A DNA stretch of 64,000 bases, taken from contig JBHGNT010000022.1 in assembly GCA_043228905.1 (NCBI GenBank), positions 2,542,001 to 2,606,000 of the forward strand. Reading direction: 5' to 3'. Origin of the DNA: Azolla caroliniana. Lineage: Eukaryota; Plantae; Polypodiophyta. Positions 33,668 to 45,849 of the stretch are shown one piece after another. Position numbers and translations under genes: made by a program. Each line of letters starts with the position of its first letter. Position 1 is the stretch's first letter. The notes under the pieces are model-generated. The model was not told the DNA's origin, made no database searches, and was given only the letters and a program-made list of their open reading frames with translations.

Positions 33668-34151
33668 CAAGGGTCGGTTGTGGATTCGACGTACAAGGTA
33701 TTGTCCCATGGGCGTGCCATGTGTTACCGGCCGGCAAAGGAGTCCAGAGTGGGAAACGGAGAGCTAATTAAGTAGTAGGAATGTGGTTGTAATTAAGCTA
33801 TGAGTGTGGACGGACGGACCAGAATCGGTATGCCGTTCCGGATCCGGACCGATCCCGAACAGGTGCGGATGGCACCGTTTTGTAATACAGACCGGAAACC
33901 TATTTAAAGGCCCGGATACAATGTAATAGTTAGCGGTTAATTAATGAAAGCTTAAGCGTTGTTATATCTCTGTCAATTGCCGTTCTGTCTTAATTGTATA
34001 TCTTACGCGTGTTATGAAGACGATCCTAATAAGTAACTTAACTAAGTCGGATTAAGCGTTGAAGTCTAATCCGGTTGCCGTAACACCCTTTGGTGAAGTG
34101 TCTCACGTAGACACCCTGTGTTAGGCCATTGTCCGGCCCGAAGAGTTAACA

Positions 34152-34960
34152 GATGCCGATGGAGACCAGACTCCTCTTCAGCTTGAGGATGTGTCGTACT
34201 TCATGTAGGATTATCGAATTGCCATTTGGCAATTCAATTGGGACCTCACCGATCCCTACGATTATGCACTCTTGCCCATTGCCAAGTTGGATTGTGCCAC
34301 TCGCAATGGCCGAATAGTCTGAAAACCATTCGATGTTGGGGGTCAAGTGAAATGTGACCTCGGAGTCCAGCATCCACGTTCTTGCATCTTGTGCACTATA
34401 TAGGACTCCCCCGTTCGTGTCTTCCAAGCAGAGAACTTCTCCAGACTGGGATTCGGCAACATTGACTCGGTTGCCGGTTGGAGAACAGTTTGAATCGGAT
34501 TGTCCTTGTGTCTGATCAAATTGCCGATCATTATCCTTTCTATTTATCGACTAGTAGTTGGAAACATTGCGACCAAACTTTCTAGAGTTGGTACAAAAAG
34601 CACTTGATTGACTATTTCTCGGCTTTGGCCGTTGTCGATTATCTTTCCTTCTCGAGTTGTGGGCTTCTTCCAAATCATCGATGGTGAGGCCCATTGATTT
34701 TCACTGAATATCCTCAGTGAGTACTTGTCTGATTGTCTCATCCAAATTGAGGCTTGGACAACTATTGGAGAATGTCATTTAGAATACCTCCCAACTCCCC
34801 ATCAAGCCCCAAAGGAGGGCAAGGGCTTTAACTTCTTCTTCAAAGTTAATCCCGTGGGAGGAGAGTTCAGACAACACCCGGTTGAATTGAAGGTGTTGAC
34901 ATGAGAGGTTGCCAGATCCGTCTCACTCATCTTCATATTGAATAACGGTCACATCAATAT
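34152..34960 (-). pseudogene. gag/protease part of the host Copia
   Basis: TWMLDSEVTFH..W FSDY..LGNG..VGIGEV..EVRHI..LKRSLVSIG, continuing into 14037 across B's TSD. Confidence 0.75.
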
Positions 34961-34973
34961 GAGTTTCAATGAG

Positions 34974-35256
34974 TGTTGAGTATTGAAGTTTATGTTGCAC
35001 AAGGTTGAGGACCTATCAGTGAGTGTATCAAACAATACAAGCAGCATGCCAAATAGAGTTATGCACTGTGGCAAGATTCACGAATATGAAAGGCAGACAG
35101 TTGCACACACATAGAAATATTTAAGCTCAAAGAGACAATGTTACATTAGCCACCAATCTATCTTTACATAGTTAGTTACCTACTTATATAGTTAGGTTAA
35201 CTGTGTGTTCACATTAGAGATACAAGGTGAGAGGAATGAGACTTTTATCCCCAACA
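34974..35256 (-). repeat. LTR-like segment
   Basis: TGTTG..CAACA termini; no matching TSD. Confidence 0.4.
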
Positions 35257-36883
35257 TGTTTCACTCAAACAAAGACAGTAACAATGATGGCAGTCGTCAC
35301 ACAAGTTTTGAAGAAACCGAAATTACTTTACAAACACTAATGGCGTGAGAAGATGATTCGACCGCATTCGCGATTGGAGACGATTAGCAATTCCGGCTTG
35401 GACGAAGAGATGTCTCACCCATAGTGTTTGATCCACTCACTTTCCTAGTGATGGCATTTTGGACGTACGGTGAAGTAGAGAACCCTGTACCAACGTTACT
35501 GACTGAAGTAGAAAACCCCCAACGCAACCACTACTAGACAATCCATAGAGCAAACCGAACAACCCAAGGATTGAGTCTAGTAGTTCACAAGCTGACGAAG
35601 AGGAGCCGACTACTGGATTTGAGGGAGTCATAGCCGACGACTTGAAGTTGAGGACTAAACTAGAGAAGGAAATGGAAGAGCCAACTTAAGGAGTCGACCA
35701 GCCACCCACAAGGACAAAACGGGTCAAGAATGAGCAATTGCCCCAATGAAACGACAAAGGATTATTTGTTGGAAGGGATGACCTAGAGAGCCAAGTCCGG
35801 GAAATGACAGAGATTCGGCCGATAGATAATTGGAGGTGGTCAAGTAGAGGGCGATCGAGTCGTACGTCAATGTGCAAAAAATGGTTGAGCCAGAAGAAGA
35901 GTAGGCAGTAGTGAAGGAGGTTCTTGTGGAGGAGATCACAATCAACACACTCAAATGATGTAGGGAAAAGGAGAAAATGTTAGAGGGTCGGAATCCGAAA
36001 TATCAGAAGATGTTGTGTTAAGATACCCAGACATACCAGCAACTACACATGAGTTCATGGCAATATTGCAATTCGGCACAAGCTACGAGATTGTGGAGTG
36101 GCTCAGCTACCAGACAATGCTTGCAACTTCCCGACTAGCAACCAAATGCCGATAGGGAGGTAGTCAAGAAATCCTTAAAGCCGAAGTTAAAATTGAAAAA
36201 GCCATGCAACAAAGTACGAGCATGTGGAGACACCGACGCTTGATATGTCACTAGCCAAAATGCACAAGGAATTCTCATAGTTTGGAACGCATCAAAGGAC
36301 GTGGCAGAACGGAATAAGAATATACGAAAGGTGGCGGATTGTGTGTCCAAGGGTTGGATGGATTCAAACAAACAAATAAAGCTATATGAGGAAATTTTGA
36401 AGGAAGCCAGAAAAATGTCAGTCGAAGGAGTCAAAACTGATAGAGCTCCAAAGGAGATAGTTCCAGCCAAAAGCGCATCAACAGAAAGAGAGCTATACAG
36501 AGAGAATTAAAGGATAAACATACCAATTTTGAAAAGCTATATAGAGAGTGTCAAGAGTTGAAAGCCAATTTCAATCAACAAAGGAAGCAAGGGCCGAAAC
36601 CAAAGATTGTGTTGCCTTGTACAACGAAACAAAGTTGTTCGAAACGGAAATAACAAAGGTTCAAAACGAAGCCAAAGAGGAGAAGGAAAGAATGATTAGG
36701 GAGCGAGACAGAATTATTGAAACTTCTTAGAAGACTCTGGAAATACTCAACGCAACTTTTTAATTGCAATTGCAAAATTATGCAGTACAATCTCAATCAA
36801 CAATAGCCACAATTAAGTGGCTGAAAGAGGAAAAACAGGCAGCAGGAACAAAAGCCGATATAGATACAAAAAGAATAAGGACC
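35257..36883 (+). pseudogene. Degraded coiled-coil ORF, possibly the upstream part of D's extra ORF
   Basis: E/K-rich ORF fragments on the plus strand (36301-36730); no diagnostic motif recognised. Confidence 0.3.
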
Positions 36884-39800
36884 TGTTAAGATTACTTGCT
36901 TACACCACAAATGATAAAACATTAGTTATGAGGATAAAGACAAAATATGAGTTACAAAGAACAATAAGAAAAAGACAAAACAATAGTTACAAAGAAGTAA
37001 CGACTAGCCGCTACTTCTATGTATATATATATGAATGAAGTATTGTTTAGTTGTGTGTGTGATACTACATCTAGAGTTGTTACTGTAGGTTCTTACATTG
37101 TAATACACTTGTCTTAATCTAATATCTTACCTTGTTCTACATTCTTCCAAAAATCTCTCTCTTTCTCTATTGTCAATCCAACCCATTCTGTTCTAAACTT
37201 TTCTTACATGGTATTAGAGCTTAGTTGCACGATCTGAATCTCATACTCCCCTATAACCAACAAAACTCACCACGGATTATTTCAAATAAACAAATCTTAG
37301 TACTATCACTATGGCAAGCTCAAGCAGAAAATATACCTTGGACAAATTAATGGAAAAAAACTACAAAACCTAGAAGACTCGAATGGAGCTGCTACTTGAT
37401 GTTGAGGAGCTCCTCGACATCACAACTAGCGCTAGTCCAGAACCTACAAAACGAGAGTTAGACGAATGGCACAAGTGGCGAAAGCTGGATAAAAGAGCTA
37501 GACTAGAGATAATGTTAAATGTAGATGAAAAACAGTTAGAAATTATTCGAAAATTCACATCTGCAGCTACGATGTGGGCAAAACTAAAGGAACTATACGA
37601 ACCTCAAGATGGTACAACCAAACTCCACACCTTAGCTACCCTGTTTAGTATGTGTGTTTTACATGAAGAAGAAGATGTTCCTACCTTCTTATCAACTTGG
37701 GAGGCAGCCATGGATGATGCAACTACCGTCGGCAACTGCATCTCAAAAGACATCAAGATTGGATTAATGCTAAGCAAACTTCCCGAATCTTGGGGAACAT
37801 TCATCACTATGCATAGTAGCACCGCAACATTGTCTGAGCTACTTACTAAGATCTGCCATGAAGACATTCGACGACAAAAGAAGAATAATGCTCAACCGGT
37901 CGCAATGGCAGTCTCCATCAATCGGTTCCAAAGGGGTCATCCAACAAACCAGGAAAAGTACAGACTTGATAAAGTAAGAAATAGTGAGTTTAATAATAAT
38001 AAAATTTACATTAAGAGTGAAGCACAAAAATACTATGGGAACAACTCACGAAAAAATGGAAGCTTTAGAATCATCTATAGATATTGCAAGAAGGAAGGAC
38101 ATACCGATCGAGTATGTCGCCTAAAGCAAGCAGAGAAGAACTCCAACTGACCCCAGGCACATAATGTGGTTATCCAACAAGAAGATGATAGAAATCCAGA
38201 ATATTCTTTCGAAGAAGCACCTAAACAAAATGGAGAACATGATGAAGAAGAGTACATTCAAGCATATAATGCAAACACATTTGAAGAAAATTAAAATGAA
38301 GATGATAGCACCTGGTTCTTGGATACTGGGGCTACTCACCATCTAACATATCAAAAAGACTGGTTGGACAACTATCAAGAGCTCCCAATTCCATTGAAGG
38401 TCACCTTCGGAGACAAGCGTCAAAAAGTGGCAGTTGGGAAAGGTAATATCAAATTAAGGCTCATTAGTAATCATGTTGTACAAATTTCAGATATATACTT
38501 TGTACCTGGAATTGCAAAACATCTATTATCAGTGGGACAAGCTATTGCAAAAGGAATGACAATCAAATTCAGCAAACAGCAAGCTACCCTATATATCCAA
38601 GATTATCAACATGAGATAAAAATTGTATGTCCAAAACAAGGGCAACTATATCCTGTCAAGGCAAATCTAGGAGAAGCATTAGCTGCTGAAGTACATCAAG
38701 GAGGAGTAGACAATGTGTCCCCCACCTATCTATGGCATTGCCGATTCGGTCATCTACATACCCAACACTCAAGTTGTGTCAAAATCAGAACCTAGTAAGA
38801 GGTTTACCTTCCACAATCTTTAAATCTATTGATATTTGCGAAGGATGCATGTGTGGGAAAATGGCTCAAAAACCATTTCCACTAAGTAACTCAAAGACAA
38901 AGGAACTACTTCAACTTGTTCACATGGATGTATGTGGACCGATAACTCCCAACTCACTCTCTAGAGCAAGGTACTTTATAACATTCATTGATGACACTTC
39001 GCGATTCACAATGGTTAACTTTCTTAAACAAAAGGGAAATGCATTCAAAGCATTTTGTGCATATAAAAGCTTTGTTGAAAATCAAACACAACTTAAAGTT
39101 AAAGTAATAAGAAGTGACAATGGTGGGGAGTTTGTTTCACAAGAGTGGGAGGCCTTTAACGAAAAAAATGGTATATTTCATCAAAAGTCAACCATCTACA
39201 CACCTCAAGAAAATGGGATAGCCGAGAGAAATAATCGCACCTTATTAAATGGAGCTAGTAGTATGCTGAAGATGAGTGGAATGGCCTCGAGATTCTGGGA
39301 AGAAGCAGTAGCCACAGCTTGTTACCTAAAAAATAGAACTCCTCACCAAGGTATAGAAGGACAAGTGCCATACACCTAAGATATCACATCTTTGAGTATT
39401 TGGAGCAACCTCATTTGCATACATACAACCTACCAAGAGGAAAAAACTTGAGGATCAATGCATCAAAGGAAAAATTATTGGATATGGGGAGCCATATGGA
39501 GTAAAAGCATACAGAATTTACCTTCCGGATATAGGTAAAATAATTTTTAGTTGTTCTGTGGAGTTTGATGAGAAAAGTCTTTTTTCTAGGTCATCATATG
39601 TAATGAAAGAAACCAGGAGTGGACACCTTACCAAGGAAATCACAAAGTTAAGACTTCCTCAAGCAACAACAATGGAATCTGAAAATGATAGGATAGCATC
39701 AGAAAACTCACTAAATGAACACATGACTGCTGGTGACAATCAAATTACAACATCCTCTTCTATGAACCCACTGTCATCAACACAATCTAGTGCATCTTAC

Positions 39801-41546
39801 ATACACAAGTTCGAGCCTCTACAACATAATAATAGAGGAAAGCACACAGAGAGTCGAATTCTATGAAGTTTACGACATCCGGATCTACACCAAACAAATC
39901 CAAATGACAGGCAACAACAAACTATGGGATGAACATCATCGACACCAAACTACACAACAATCATGGTGCGCCAACAACTAATGCAACAAAAAACAAAGGA
40001 GAGAAACTCAACCAATTACCTCATTCTCAAATCTTAACCACTCACTATGAGGGGTTAGGAAGCTCCATTGCCAAGACTGCCACCAAGCCTGTGGCCACCA
40101 AATCAGCCACTTGAAGTCTCGAACCCGAGGATGTGTTAGTGCACCGCCAACAACCCAACACCTCTTCCTCAGCATCCGAATGTCGAAATTGTGAATCTGA
40201 ACATACAAGTTTAGGTCACCTACAACCCTACACCTCCTTACAGTATCCTCAAAATCCCAAAATTGGTAGTCAATTTGTCCGCCAATCTTATGCTCAGAGC
40301 CCTGAAGGAGAACAAGTGTACGACCAAAGCCTCGAAAGCAACGATCAGTCCACTGCCCAATATATTACTCGAAGCCTTGAACATGAGCATACGAGTGGCG
40401 ACCACATGCAACCGTGTGCATCCTCCATGACTGCAAGAAAACAAAGCTCCAGATCTGAGAATATGGATCTCGGCCGCCTAAAAACCTGCAACCTCTCCAA
40501 AACAACCTTAAAAGACAAAGAAATTAGGGCTAAAAAGAGTAAGGTAAGGTTACTTTGTGATATCTATGATGCAACTAGGAACGAGGTGCTTGAAAAGTCG
40601 ACATGTCACTTCGTAACAGAGACAGAGTCCGACATATCCATCTTTGCAGCCATCATCGAAGGAGACAACTACGACACGGCTCCAATTCTCACCTTCAAGC
40701 AAGCATTAAAAAGTAAAGAAAAAGAAAATTGGGTTGCGGCTATTAAATCTGAATTCTCGGCACTCCAAAAGAATCACACATGGACATTAGTACCACGGCC
40801 TTGTCACTCCAATGTCATCACTTGTAAGTGGCTTTTTACGAAGAAATATGATGCCCTAGGTACTCCCGTGAGGTTCAAAGCGAGATTAGTAGCTTGAGGA
40901 TTCTCACAAATACCAGGTGTGGACTACCATGAAACTTTTTCACCCACTCTAAAAATCACTGCACTTGATTGATTCTTGCTATTCTGGCATATTTAAATCT
41001 TAAACTTCACCATGTTGATGTTGAAACAACATTTTTACATGGTGATTTAAAAGAAGATATATATATGGAACAACCCCAAATGTTACATAATAATATAGAC
41101 CCTAATTATGTGTGTAAACTTAACAAACCTCAATATGGCCTAAACAATCCCCTAGACAATGGTATGCCAAGTTTCATAGGTTCCTCTTATCAATCAAATT
41201 TCAACAACTTCAATCAAAATCTAATCTATATATAAGGATTCCCTATCAAACATCTTTGGCCACTAGAACATTTTCTTGGGATTCATGTAAAAAGGAATCT
41301 AACTCTAGGTACACTCCCTATCACAAGAAAACTTTGTTGATAATATACTAACCAAGTTTGATATGTTTGAGTGTTCTCCAATCTCCACTCCCCTCACAGT
41401 ACCATGCAAATTATCATCCGAAGATTCACCACATACAATTGAAGAAACTTACTTTATGAAGAATATCCCGTATCGCCAAGTGTTGGGGAGCATTTGATAC
41501 CTCGTCAATTGCACTCGACCCGACTTATCTTTTGCCACTGGATACC
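36884..41546 (+). mobile_element. Element E: degenerate Ty1/Copia, 3'-truncated
   Basis: LTR 36884-37208 (TGTTAAG..CTTACA), PBS TGGTATTAGAGC 37209-37220, gag ORF 37383-38150, LDTGATHH, LWHCRFGH, VHMDVCGP, RSDNGGEF, FKARLVA, CTRPDLSFATGY; many stops. Confidence 0.9.
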
Positions 41547-43240
41547 CCTCGATCCAGGCCATTATGTTCTAAACTTTTCTTACAAGACCATTGTTGCGCG
41601 ACATAGAAGTCGGATGAAGAAAAGAATCGAAGTTAGTTTGGTAAAACTATGGCAAGAATGGTCGACACAAGCGGCCGAACTCTAAACGTTCAGAGTTGAC
41701 TATGAACATCGGTAGAAGACCGGAAAAGGCTTTTACAAAATGGATAAGTTGAGCATCAATGGTATTAGAGAAGATTTGATAGAAGATTTTTATTTTCTAG
41801 CTTAAATTCATTCGACAAAGATCTAGTGGTTGCTTGAGGAGTATGAGGATGATAAAATGCAATTCACAATGGGGCGGACAAGGATACCCCTCGATCCAGG
41901 CCATTATGTTCTAAACTTTTCTTACAAGACCATTGTTGCGCGACATAGAAGTCGGATGAAGAAAAGAATCGAAGTTAGTTTGGTAAAACTATGGCAAGAA
42001 TGGTCGACACAAGCGGCCGAACTCTAAACGTTCAGAGTTGACTATGAACATCGGTAGAAGACCGGAAAAGGCTTTTACAAAATGGATAAGTTGAGCATCA
42101 ATGGTATTAGAGAAGATTTGATAGAAGATTTTTATTTTCTAGCTTAAATTCATTCGACAAAGATCTAGTGGTTGCTTGAGGAGTATGAGGATGATAAAAT
42201 GCAATTCACAATGGGGCGGACAAGGATACCCCTCGATCCAGGCCATTATGTTCTAAACTTTTCTTACAAGACCATTGTTGCGCGACATAGAAGTCGGATG
42301 AAGAAAAGAATCGAAGTTAGTTTGGTAAAACTATGGCAAGAATGGTCGACACAAGCGGCCGAACTCTAAACGTTCAGAGTTGACTATGAACATCGGTAGA
42401 AGACCGGAAAAGGCTTTTACAAAATGGATAAGTTGAGCATCAATGGTATTAGAGAAGATTTGATAGAAGATTTTTATTTTCTAGCTTAAATTCATTCGAC
42501 AAAGATCTAGTGGTTGCTTGAGGAGTATGAGGATGATAAAATGCAATTCACAATGGGGCGGACAAGGATACCCCTCGATCCAGGCCATTATGTTCTAAAC
42601 TTTTCTTACAAGACCATTGTTGCGCGACATAGAAGTCGGATGAAGAAAAGAATCGAAGTTAGTTTGGTAAAACTATGGCAAGAATGGTCGACACAAGCGG
42701 CCGAACTCTAAACGTTCAGAGTTGACTATGAACATCGGTAGAAGACCGGAAAAGGCTTTTACAAAATGGATAAGTTGAGCATCAATGGTATTAGAGAAGA
42801 TTTGATAGAAGATTTTTATTTTCTAGCTTAAATTCATTCGACAAAGATCTAGTGGTTGCTTGAGGAGTATGAGGATGATAAAATGCAATTCACAATGGGG
42901 CGGACAAGGATATCCCTCGATCCAGGCCATTATGTTCTAAACTTTTCTTACAGGACCATTGTTGCGCGACATAGAAGTCGGATGAAGAAAAGAATCGAAG
43001 TTAGTTTGGTAAAACTATGGCAAGAATGGTCGACACAAGCGGCCGAACTCTAAACGTTCAGAGTTGACTATGAACATCGGTAGAAGACCGGAAAAGGCTT
43101 TTACAAAATGGATAAGTTGAGCATCAATGGTATTAGAGAAGATTTGATAGAAGATTTTTATTTTCTAGCTTAAATTCATTCGACAAAGATCTAGTGGTTG
43201 CTTGAGGAGTATGAGGATGATAAAATGCAATTCACAATGG
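41540..43240 (+). repeat. Tandem array of a 342-bp unit, ~5 copies
   Basis: Units start at 41540, 41882, 42224, 42566 and 42908; first four identical by eye, fifth has 2 substitutions. Confidence 0.97.
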
Positions 43241-44300
43241 AGCTTGAAGCCTATGAGAAGGAATGGATGCATCCGACTAAGGAACAGTTGGAGGAAGAAC
43301 AGGCCACGTGAGTCGTTATTAGTGATGCCGACGAGAATGAACAAGAGCTAATTACATATCAAAATGAAGAATGGGCAATTGAACAAGAGGAGACTAAGGA
43401 GAAGCAACCTAATGATGTTGGAGAAGAGCAGTCAGAGCTAACAAGAGTTGTTGACAAAAATCAGGTGGCAAAACCCGAAGTGGAGCGGCAAGAAAATGAG
43501 CCAAATCAGGGCATGGGCAGCGAGGAGCCGAGTATTTTGACTATTTTGGAAGATGGTTGAGAGGGCATTCTGGGTTCGACCATCCGAAGCATCGTCCCAC
43601 GGGCATGCTATGTGTTACCCATAGGGATTGATTGCCGAAACGATTGAAGGCCGGCTGGAGTGTGAAAGCCAAAGTCGAAATGGATAGTTGGAAGCAGTGT
43701 GAAGCCAAAAGCCGAAATATAATATAATTGTTGAATATTATGTAGTCGAATTATTAGCAGATATGAAACGATGTAATAGATTATAGATTTGAGTAGCCAT
43801 GACGTATGACGATAGGACATCTTGTCCAGAGGGATGTGCCAAAACGGCATTGTAACCATACATGAATCGCCTATAAAAAGGGGGGCATGCTCTTTGTATT
43901 ATATGTTGTATATTGTGTAAAAGAACTTAATATAGAGAGATTTTGGGTATACAATGTCTCTTTGCATTATTGTTATTCAATTTCTTAATTACTGTGTTAA
44001 GTGTTAACCGACTCACGGTGTAGCAGATTCAGATATCGTAGCGGATTCAGATATCGTTTGTGTTGTGTGTTTAGAGCCAATCAGTTGTAGCTAATCTAGA
44101 CAGTTATTGTATAGCCGATAAGGACAGTAGCCAACTAATGAGTAGTTTCGGACTAATTATCCATCTCTCCAACCACGATCTTTGGTGAAAGTTATCCAGT
44201 GATTGGGTATCTGAATCGTGACCTACCAAGAGGGTTTTGCAAAAGTGTTAGAAATACAAACATTTCCTTAGTGATGGTATTTTTTCACAATTACGATTAA
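41540..44300 (+). mobile_element. Element D: 3' part (extra-ORF C-terminus + 3' LTR from 43613) of a divergent relative of A/B
   Basis: KLWQEWSTQAAEL*TFRVDYEHR..GIREDLIEDF..EYEDDKMQFTMELEAYEK aligns to A/B KWWTKWATNAAELQLLRADVENR..GIRDELAEDF..QLDDDRLEAQIQFESYER; same pre-LTR motif; LTR end not resolved. Confidence 0.8.
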
Positions 44301-44309
44301 TGTTAGTAA

Positions 44310-45009
44310 TTTAAACTTCTTGGAAAAGTGTGTGAAACCAGATATTTAGCAACACCATGCCACTTGGAAGCTTTTGTTGCTGAAAAACAAACTTACAACA
44401 CCTGGTCCAAATGTGCCAAACCGATAAGCACACCACCATCATCCATATCTCCTCAAAATGTAGAGTTAGTGTTAGGTCATACTCCAGCACATTGAAACAT
44501 GTTGCCACCTTGCACTATAAATCCATGACCCTATGGATTTAATTGTTCCACCCAGCCTCCCCCTATTACTTCAAACAACATAAGGACCCCCACACAACTT
44601 TCCCATTCACACTACAAGTTGCCACAATCCAGAGACTTCTACCCCAAATGCTAATCGCCTCTACACGATTCCAGAAAACAATGAGGGATCGATTCCAAAG
44701 AGTGTCCACATAACTTCTTCCCCACCACGACACCTCATCCACTCCCCTACAAGTATTGCCTTATGGCTAAGAAGCCATAATCGAACCTTTATTTTTTCCC
44801 AACAATCATAGTCTCCTCCAAAACGGCTTGAAGAAGTCATCTGATATGCCTTTATCCCTCCAACTATTGCAAGTTTGACCAATACCCACTAATTTGGAGT
44901 CAATGATTTGCCTTCCCAGCTTAGTATTGTACTCAAACAACCCTTGCAGTTTGCTTGTTCCCGGATTCTACCACCAAACCTCCAATGGATCCCACTCCAA
45001 ATCACATAG
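44310..45009 (-). pseudogene. LINE (L1-like) ORF2 remnant, probably continuing at 45448-45483 and 51428-52000
   Basis: KIKVRLWLLSHKAILVGEWMRCRG resembles the zf-RVT region; heavily decayed. Confidence 0.5.
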
Positions 45010-45447
45010 TGTCATGAATCCATGAACATTATGTGGCTTCACTTGGGTTTGAACCCAAGACTTTGTAATACATAATCAAGAACCTAACCATTAAGATAAC
45101 ATATGATTATATGAAACAATAAAAGCTACTTCTTGTAATAGACTGATATTGTAAATGTTATAGAACATCCTAGAATATCCTAGCACATCTTAGAATATTT
45201 TAGGTCTAGAACATTATAGAACATTATAGAAATCACTAGGTTATTCTATAGGAACCTATAAATATGGACATACAATTCTTCTCAAAACCAATTCGAATCA
45301 ACACCAGTCTTAACCTCTCATCGCCTATCTTGTATCCATTCTTATTCTACTTTAATACATTCATTCTTCTCTTATCATGTCATTCCTCTTCTTGTGATCT
45401 CTTTATATCTTTCTTCTATCAATTTACCTTCTCTCTTGGTTTTGACA
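45010..45447 (+). repeat. Solo LTR
   Basis: TGTCA..TGACA, 5-bp TSD CATAG, CCTATAAAT ~45256, CT-rich U5. Confidence 0.85.
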
Positions 45448-45483
45448 CATAGGGTTGGTCATCAAAAAGCCATAGTTTACAAT

Positions 45484-45815
45484 TGTTGAGCGGCAAGCTC
45501 AACCGGAGCCGGATTGGCTGAATAAGCCGGAGCCGGTAAGCGAGATGGATCGGGCGAAATGGATCGGTATGACGGTGAGCAACCAAACCGACAAGCAGTG
45601 GAGGCCGGGTGCAATCCGTAACCGGCAGTCCAATCAGAAGCCTAGAATAGGATAGACTACTAGGTATCTATAGTCTCGTAGTAAGTGTCAGATGCTCGTG
45701 TGAGCATTGAAGTACATGGTACTTCTGTCAGTCCCAAGAGGACTTGTATAAATAGTGCTACTTAGCACAGTGTGTATGTGTGGTGTCTTTATATAATTTT
45801 GAAAAATTACGTTCT

Positions 45816-45849
<34 letters not shown>

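Larger units (their letters stand above)
14038..34151 (+). mobile_element. Element B: Athila/Tat-like Ty3/Gypsy with 3' extra ORF, carrying three nested insertions
   Basis: 5' LTR split into 14038-14291 and 18733-18873, 3' LTR 33722-34151; TSD CATGC/GATGC (one mismatch); PBS TGGCGACCAC 18881-18890. Confidence 0.93.

Noticed and set aside
41540-43240. CRISPR-like array, or a tandem family of 65-aa genes
   Set aside because: There are no unique spacers; the units are whole-length copies of a stop-containing retrotransposon ORF fragment
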